Source: Candidatus Eiseniibacteriota bacterium | Lineage (GTDB): Bacteria > Eisenbacteria > RBG-16-71-46 > JABDJR01 | Assembly (NCBI GenBank): GCA_963762255.1 | Contig: CAVXKA010000001.1 | Coordinates: 672,001-736,000 of the forward strand | Direction of reading: 5' to 3' | DNA: 64,000 nucleotides | In this document: one piece after another, positions 57,756 to 64,000 of the stretch | How positions within the stretch are numbered: position 1 is the stretch's first letter | How the letters are laid out: the number at the start of each line of letters is the position of its first letter | The notes under the pieces: generated by a model | What the model was told of the DNA's origin: nothing | Database searches by the model: none | The model's input: the letters and a program-made list of their open reading frames with translations, nothing else | Program-made: the position numbers and the translations under genes

Positions 57756-59078
57756 GTGACCAAGGCCGAAATCCTCAAGATCTGCAAGACGGAAGGCGTC
57801 CGCTTCATGCGGCTCCAGTTCACGGACATTCACGGAGCCAACAAGAACGTCGAGCTGCCGGCCAGCCAGTTCCAGAAGGCCTTGGACGGAGAGATCATGT
57901 TCGACGGATCCTCGATCGAGGGGTTCACCCGCATCGAGGAGTCGGACATGCTCCTCCACCCGGATCTGACCACGTTCCGGATCTTCCCGCTCGACGGCGG
58001 TCGCGGGAAGGTGGCGCGGCTCGTCTGCGACGTGAAGATGCCGGACGGAGCCGACTTCGACGGCGATCCCCGCACCTGCCTCCGACGCATGACGGAGAAG
58101 GCGAAGAAGCTCGGGTACACGCTGATGGTCGGTCCCGAAGTGGAGTTCTTCCTCTTCCTGTTCGACGCGGACGGCGCGCCCTCGGTGAAGACCCACGACG
58201 CAGGCGCCTACTTCGATCTCGCCCCCATCGACAAGGGGGAAGAGTGCCGCCGGGACATCGTGCAGGCCCTCGAGGCGATGGGCTTCGAGGTGGAGGCCGC
58301 GCACCACGAAGTGGCCCACGGCCAACACGAGATCGACTTCCGCTACGGCGAGGCGCTGCACACCGCGGACAACGTAGCCACGTTCCGCTTCCTGGTGCGG
58401 CACATCGCCCGTCAGCACGGGCTTCACGCCACGTTCATGCCCAAGCCGATCTTTGGCCAGAACGGCAGCGGCATGCACTGCCACCAGTCGCTCTTCAAGG
58501 GGGACAAGAACTCCTTCTACGACCCGAAGGGCGACTACGAGCTGAGCAAGGTGGCCCTCCAGTACATCGCCGGCATCCTGCGGCACGCCAAGGGGTTCGT
58601 GGCCATCACCAACCCCATCGTCAACTCCTACAAGCGGCTGGTTCCGGGCTACGAGGCCCCCACCAACGTCGCGTGGTCGGAGCGCAACCGTAGCCCGATG
58701 GTCCGCATCCCCGCGCGCCGCGGTGTCGGCACCCGGTGCGAGGTGCGCCTCCCCGATCCCTCCTGCAACCCCTACCTCGCCTTCGCGGTGATGCTGGCGG
58801 CGGGTCTCGACGGGATCGAGAAGAAGATGGATCCCGGCCCCCCCGTGAACAAGAACGTCTTCCGGATGAGCGAGCGGGAGAAGCGGCGTCACAAGATCGA
58901 CGACCTTCCTTCGACGCTTTCGGAAGCGATCGACGAGCTGGAGAAGGACAAGGTGATCCTGGACGCGCTGGGCCCGCATCTCGCCCAGAGCTACGTCGAC
59001 GCGAAGAGGCAGGTCTGGACGGAGTTCCTGGCCCAGGTGCATCCTTGGGAGCTGGATCGGTATCTGGCGTACTACTAA
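57756..59078 (+). CDS. glnA: Glutamine synthetase type I (short alpha type)
   Basis: FDGSSIEG, HHEVA.GQHEI, FMPKP, NGSGMH and NSYKRLVPGYEAP motifs. Confidence 0.97.
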   Translation: MTKAEILKICKTEGVRFMRLQFTDIHGANKNVELPASQFQKALDGEIMFDGSSIEGFTRIEESDMLLHPDLTTFRIFPLDGGRGKVARLVCDVKMPDGADFDGDPRTCLRRMTEKAKKLGYTLMVGPEVEFFLFLFDADGAPSVKTHDAGAYFDLAPIDKGEECRRDIVQALEAMGFEVEAAHHEVAHGQHEIDFRYGEALHTADNVATFRFLVRHIARQHGLHATFMPKPIFGQNGSGMHCHQSLFKGDKNSFYDPKGDYELSKVALQYIAGILRHAKGFVAITNPIVNSYKRLVPGYEAPTNVAWSERNRSPMVRIPARRGVGTRCEVRLPDPSCNPYLAFAVMLAAGLDGIEKKMDPGPPVNKNVFRMSEREKRRHKIDDLPSTLSEAIDELEKDKVILDALGPHLAQSYVDAKRQVWTEFLAQVHPWELDRYLAYY

Positions 59079-59141
59079 AGGAGGCGCGCGTGGGTCGGGG
59101 GGCGATGGATCGGTTCGTATCGCTCGGCTATCGCGCGCTGA

Positions 59142-59900
59142 TCAGGGAGGGGTGAGCGGGGAGAACATCTCCGGCGCGATCTCCGGGTTGGTCTTCACGG
59201 ATCGGAACCGCACGATCGCGGTCTTCACACCCCCGGCGTAGCTGTCCTCGCGGAACGGGAAGAGGACTCCGTGCACCCACCGGAACTCGCTCAGGTCCAC
59301 CGCCGAGTCCGTGGGTGTGGGGCTCGAGAGCCGCATGGAAACGCGCTCGATGCGGTGCTTCCTGGGGTCCACGTGGTACTCGAGCGACGTGCCCCCACTG
59401 AGCGGCAACTGCAGGACCACGCGCTCCTTGTCGTCCGGATCCATCCGCACGAGGCTGCTCTCCTGCTCGGCGAGGCGCAGCGGCAGATCCAGCCGTGCGG
59501 CCTCCAGCCGAAGCGTCTCGAGGAACACGCCTGTCACCGGTTGCAGGTGCCGGTCGTCGGGGCCGCCCCAGCCCTCGTCGCCGCGCACAACCCGTAGCTC
59601 GCCGCGGTCGGGGTAACGCAGTTCAATCCGAAGCCCGTCGGATCGCTCGCGCCAGCGCACGATGTGCCCCTGCTCGCGATGCCCGGTCGCGGTGAGGATT
59701 CCCTCGGCGCGGTAGGCGCGCACCTTGCCGAGCGCGGCGGCGCCGCCGTACGCATCGAGGATCTCCTGCACCAGGTCGTGCACGTCGGCGCGCGCCTTCG
59801 CCTGCGAATCGGCGGAGCCCCGCCCGCCCTGACACCCCACGGTGGCAAGGAGAATCGCCACGGCAAAGCCCGTCTGTGTTGCGCGGCGAGCGAGTTGCAT
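59142..59900 (-). CDS. Putative lipoprotein (LolA-like fold)
   Basis: Lipobox-like TVGC; AYGG and EFRWVHGVLFPF. Confidence 0.65.
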   Translation of the reverse strand: MQLARRATQTGFAVAILLATVGCQGGRGSADSQAKARADVHDLVQEILDAYGGAAALGKVRAYRAEGILTATGHREQGHIVRWRERSDGLRIELRYPDRGELRVVRGDEGWGGPDDRHLQPVTGVFLETLRLEAARLDLPLRLAEQESSLVRMDPDDKERVVLQLPLSGGTSLEYHVDPRKHRIERVSMRLSSPTPTDSAVDLSEFRWVHGVLFPFREDSYAGGVKTAIVRFRSVKTNPEIAPEMFSPLTPP

Positions 59901-60007
59901 GGTGCACATCCTAGCGCGTCGGGACGGGATCGCGCCTCTCCTATGGTACGATCTTCGCGTCGCACGGAACCGCCACCGGCAGGACGTCCTGGACCGATCA
60001 CCAACCG

Positions 60008-61360
60008 ATGAACCACCGCCTGACCCTCCTTCTCATCCTTCTCATCGTCGTAGCGGCGCTCGCCTCCAGCGGGGCCTTGCGCGGACAAATGCGGCAGGGC
60101 GAGAACCTCACGATCTTCTTCACCGGAGACGACGCGGGCGAGATCGCCCCCTGCGGGTGACCGGTCGAAGACTACGGTGGGGTGTCCCGGAGGGCCGCCT
60201 TCTTCGACACGTTGCGAACCGCGGGCTGGGAGTTCCTGGTGGTCTCAACCGGGGATCTGGCCCCGTTCGAAGGGATGAATTCGCAGGGGTTGCTCCGCAC
60301 CGAGACGCTGGCCAAGGCCATGGCGCTCATGCGCTACGACGCGATTGCGCTGGGAGACCACGATCTCGAGCCCGGCCCGACCTTTGTGAAGGACTTGGTC
60401 GGGTGGCTCGGCCAACCCGTTCTCGCCACCAACTACGCGCTGCCCGATCCGGCGGCCAGCGTGCGAACCCGCCTGACTCAAGTGCGAGGCAAGAAGGTCG
60501 GGCTCCTCGCATTCCTCGATCCCGACTTGGCCGAAGACCGCGCGCCGTGGGTCACGGTGGAGCCGTTCGCGAGCGCGCGGGCCGTGGTCGACTCGCTGCG
60601 GGGCCGTTGCGACGTGCTGGTCGCGCTGGCCCACCTCGGCGACGAGAGCAAGGTGGCGGAGCTTCACGCGCTCTACCCCGGCATCGATCTCTTCCTTCTC
60701 GGCCACGAGGGCGCGATGCCGGCCAGGCTCTATCGGCTGGACCGTTCGGCGGTGATGGGGGGCGGGGCGCGCGGCCGGCACCTGGGGCGGACCGACATCT
60801 CCTTCGGCGCGGACGATTCGATCCAGAACTTCGAGGGGGCCTATCTTCCCGTGATCATGGCCTGGGGTCGCCGCTCGTGGGTTGACACGTTGCTCGACGA
60901 TTACTACGAGCGCGTCAAGCGGCTCACCATGACCGCGGAGTTCGAGCAGGAAATCCTGAACTCGCTGGAGGAGCCTACGGTCGAGTACGTCGGGAACGAG
61001 GCGTGCTCATCCTGCCATGAGGCCGAAACCCGGCAGTGGGCCTCGACGCCGCACGCGCGGGCTCGCGAGACGCTCGTGAAGGCCAAGTCCGACCACGACA
61101 CGCAATGCCAGTCCTGCCACAGCACGGGGTTCGGCTATCGCACCGGGTTCGCCACCCCCAAGAGCACGCCCGCACGGTACAACGTGGGATGCGAGGCGTG
61201 CCACGGCGCGGGGGCGGAGCACGCGAAGAATCCGGCCGCACCGTACGGGGCAACGGGTGAGGCCCTGTGCGTCACCTGCCACGACGCGCACAACAGTCCG
61301 AAGTTCGACTACGCAACCTATCGCCCCAGGATCGTGCACGGCACCGCGAAGACGAAGTAG
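60008..61360 (+). CDS. Secreted selenoprotein: UshA-like metallophosphoesterase domain (C-G-U) + tetraheme cytochrome c
   Basis: ATG 60008 with signal peptide; in-frame TGA at 60158-60160 in APCG*PVEDYGG; downstream hairpin; four CxxCH motifs. Confidence 0.85.
60164..60209 (+). promoter_or_regulatory. Putative bacterial SECIS hairpin
   Basis: gtcgaaga/tcttcgac and ggtgg/ccgcc stems with an apical G-containing loop about 27-28 nt after the UGA. Confidence 0.6.
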
Positions 61361-61377
61361 GCGCGGCGCCCCGTCGG

Positions 61378-61629
61378 CTAGTGCTTCTTGAGCGCGCGGT
61401 AGACGATAAGCAGCAAGATCGCGCCCCCCACCGCCAAGGCAAAGCTGCGGAAGTCGAGCCCGCTCACCGTGCCCCACCCGAGGCGCGAGCCGATGAACCC
61501 ACCGATCAGGGCGCCGGCGACGCCAAGAAGCATGGTGATGATGCACCCGCCCGGGTCCCTGCCCGGCATGAGGAGCTTGGCCACAGCGCCCGCCACGAGC
61601 CCCAAGACGATCCAGTAGAGAATGTTCAT
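61378..61629 (-). CDS. GlsB/YeaQ/YmgE family membrane protein
   Basis: WIVLGLVAGAVAKLLMPG motif. Confidence 0.92.
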   Translation of the reverse strand: MNILYWIVLGLVAGAVAKLLMPGRDPGGCIITMLLGVAGALIGGFIGSRLGWGTVSGLDFRSFALAVGGAILLLIVYRALKKH

Positions 61630-61766
61630 CGTCGCGCCTTCTACCTCGCCGGCCCCGCGGCCCAGGGTGAACTCGGGTCACTCCTTCGCGCACCCGACCG
61701 GGGCGCGCCGATCACGACGGAGGATCCTGTCGCCTATACTAACGCCGTGAGCGCCCTCGTGCATTC

Positions 61767-63068
61767 ATGCTATCCGCGAGCCGACCGGCTCGCAGGAGAT
61801 CCTTCGTGACCGGTATCTGCATCGCGGTCATGGCCGCGTTTCTGCTCGGGCCCGGCCCCGGCGCACTCGCCGACACCGCTCAGGTGCGCACCTTCCCGGT
61901 CACCGTGGTCGCGGACGCATCGTTCCGCTCGGTGCGCGATTGGGACACGCTCGCCCGCACCACTGTCGAAAGGGCCTCGCGCGAGATCTTTACCCTGACC
62001 GGTATCCGCTTCACCGTGCGCGAGCAAGTCGTGTGGGACCGCCCGGACGACTCCACCGCGCTCGACCGGATCCTCGATGACGGCCGCGCGGCGTTCGGTG
62101 GCCGCGACGAATTGGTGGCCATCTTTTGCGGCCCGCGCGCGGAGGAGGGTGACCTCGTCACGATGGGCTACGCGTATCTCGGCCGGCAGATCCTGGTCGT
62201 CGCGCCCCACCGCTCGGACGACTTCATCCCCGGCTACCGCATGGCGGACGACCTCACCCGTACGTTTCTCCACGAGTTCGGCCATGTCCTCGGCATCCCT
62301 CACCTCAAGGGTCGCAACATCATGTCGGGACGATGGGACGAGGTGACCGGCGATTTCAACGAACTCTCTCTCGATGTGCTGCGCGCCAATCGATCGATGC
62401 GCTTCAGCGCCGACGAGCCGTTTCTAGGTTGCGACCTCGGCGTCCTGCGCGATGTTTATCTCTTCTGGGACGACCGCGGCGAGTGCGAACCGACACTGCT
62501 CGTCAATCTCGGCATCGCTCTGCTTCGGGAGGGCCGGCCGCGGGACGCGCGTGCGCCGTTCGAGAGGGCCCTTCGCGCGAAGCCGCTGGCCGCGTCGGCC
62601 CGCCTGGGTCTTTCGCGTTGTGCGCTGGCGGAGGGCGACACCTCTCTCTCTCGCGGGTTCGCCGCCGAGGCCTCGGCGGACACCACGCTGAGACCGGATC
62701 TTCTTGGCGCGCTCGGCAATCACTGGCTGGCGCTGGGGGACACCGTTCAAGCGGACCGCATGTTCACCCGGAGCATCGCCGCGGATTCGCTGCGCTTCAC
62801 ACCTTGGTACAACCGGGGCGTGACCCGTTACCGGCAGGGTCGCTTCGCCGAGGCGGCAGAGGACTTGCGGCGCGCCCTGACCCTGGAGGAGCGCCCCGAG
62901 GCGTGGTTCAATCTGGGGCTGGCGCTTGAGATGGACAAGGACTTCGGAGACGCGCAGGCGGCGTTCGAGCGCTATCTGGAACTCGTCCCCGAGGGACCGC
63001 GCGCGGAGACCGCCCGGAGCCATCTGACGTGGCTGCGTTCCATCCGGGATCCGGCCGCCGATCGCTGA
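61767..63068 (+). CDS. Secreted metzincin-like protease + TPR repeats
   Basis: HEFGHVLGIPH with NIM Met-turn; C-terminal TPRs; start uncertain. Confidence 0.82.
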   Translation: MLSASRPARRRSFVTGICIAVMAAFLLGPGPGALADTAQVRTFPVTVVADASFRSVRDWDTLARTTVERASREIFTLTGIRFTVREQVVWDRPDDSTALDRILDDGRAAFGGRDELVAIFCGPRAEEGDLVTMGYAYLGRQILVVAPHRSDDFIPGYRMADDLTRTFLHEFGHVLGIPHLKGRNIMSGRWDEVTGDFNELSLDVLRANRSMRFSADEPFLGCDLGVLRDVYLFWDDRGECEPTLLVNLGIALLREGRPRDARAPFERALRAKPLAASARLGLSRCALAEGDTSLSRGFAAEASADTTLRPDLLGALGNHWLALGDTVQADRMFTRSIAADSLRFTPWYNRGVTRYRQGRFAEAAEDLRRALTLEERPEAWFNLGLALEMDKDFGDAQAAFERYLELVPEGPRAETARSHLTWLRSIRDPAADR

Positions 63069-63130
63069 CGCCTCGCAGCAGACGTAATGCACGGTTTCTG
63101 CCCTGAAGCCGCACCCGGAAGGAGGTCCGC

Positions 63131-63406
63131 TTGATCGACTGGAAGATGCTTGCGTCCACCTTCGGCCTCATTTTCGTGGCCGAACTCGGCGACAAGACTC
63201 AGCTCGCGACCTTCGGGCTCGCGGGCTCGGGGAAGTCGAAGCTGTCGGTGTTCCTCGGCGCGGCTCTCGCCCTTGCCGCGACATCGGCCATCGCTGTGCT
63301 GCTTGGCAGCGCGCTTTCGCGCGTCGTGCCCGCCGAGTGGATCGAGCGGGGAGCGGGCGTGCTCTTCATCGTGATCGGGATCTTCTACCTGCTGGGCAAG
63401 GCATGA
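63131..63406 (+). CDS. TMEM165/GDT1 family (single-repeat) protein
   Basis: ELGDKTQL motif. Confidence 0.92.
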   Translation: MIDWKMLASTFGLIFVAELGDKTQLATFGLAGSGKSKLSVFLGAALALAATSAIAVLLGSALSRVVPAEWIERGAGVLFIVIGIFYLLGKA

Positions 63407-63438
63407 GGTCCGGGTCCGCCGCAGCAGGAGTGTGAACG

Positions 63439-63738
63439 GTGAACGAGGACGACTCGGTCGATCTGCCCATCGACGGCACCCTCGACCTGCACGCGTTCCA
63501 CCCGCGTGAGGTGAAGGATCTTGTGGCGGTGTACCTCGCCGCCTGCCGCGAGCGAGGAATTCTCGAAGTGCGCATCGTCCACGGCAAAGGGACCGGGGCG
63601 TTGCGGGAAACCGTGCACGCCGTGCTGGCGAAGCTCCCGGAGGTGCGGGAATTCAAGCTGGCGGGAGAGGATCGCGGAAGTTGGGGGGCGACCCTGGTTT
63701 GGTTGCATCCCCAGGGTCGCCCCGAACCGTCGAACTGA
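63439..63738 (+). CDS. Stand-alone Smr domain protein
   Basis: LDLH, IVHGKGTG and WGAT motifs. Confidence 0.92.
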   Translation: MNEDDSVDLPIDGTLDLHAFHPREVKDLVAVYLAACRERGILEVRIVHGKGTGALRETVHAVLAKLPEVREFKLAGEDRGSWGATLVWLHPQGRPEPSN

Positions 63739-63756
63739 GCGGTTGCCGCGAGAGGA

Positions 63757-64000
63757 TTACTCCTCGTCCTCGGGCGCCGCGGGGGGCGCCGGCGGCGCGG
63801 GCGCGTCGTCGTCATCCATCCACCACGGTCCGGGCCCCATTGGAGCGAAGCCGGGAAGATCGCCGCCCGGACACCCCATCCCCATCAGCGGGGCCTGATC
63901 GTCAACTGGAGATCCCAACCCCGCGCCAAAGCCTCGGCCCATGCCACGGCCACGGCCGACGCCCTGGCCCGCGCAGCAGCCGGGCTTGCAGGACACGCCC
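63757..64000 (-). CDS. C-terminal fragment of a Gly/Pro-rich hypothetical protein (5' end outside window)
   Basis: Open frame to the window edge; GRGRGMGRGFG segment. Confidence 0.5.
   Translation of the reverse strand, partial: GVSCKPGCCAGQGVGRGRGMGRGFGAGLGSPVDDQAPLMGMGCPGGDLPGFAPMGPGPWWMDDDDAPAPPAPPAAPEDEE

Overview
GC-rich bacterial chromosomal window of about 60 genes. No rRNA, tRNA, CRISPR array or transposase was seen. Secreted proteins with FlgD/T9SS-like tails and a 'SWGxxKARY' tail suggest an Eisenbacteria/Krumholzibacteria/Latescibacteria-type lineage (inference only). Core-type genes include a Mo-hydroxylase subunit, dihydropyrimidinase, Fur/Irr-like regulator with catalase, hflX, rmuC, an NSS transporter, a sigma54 two-component system, nfo and glnA. 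Accessory genes include a type II R-M pair, AbiE, HigBA and VapBC modules and a cohesin/dockerin-like secreted-protein cluster with local frameshifts. The main signals the ORF track misses are: (1) five ORF-free, roughly 220-300 nt, multi-stem intergenic RNA candidates, four of them next to tRNA/RNA-handling genes (two in tandem behind a divergent KptA); (2) a secreted CGU selenoprotein fusing a metallophosphoesterase-like domain to a tetraheme cytochrome c; (3) an apparent ATT start for hflX; (4) several catalytically degenerate enzyme homologues; (5) recurrent leaderless, self-operator promoters. All pairings and motifs were read by eye; no folding or database search was run.
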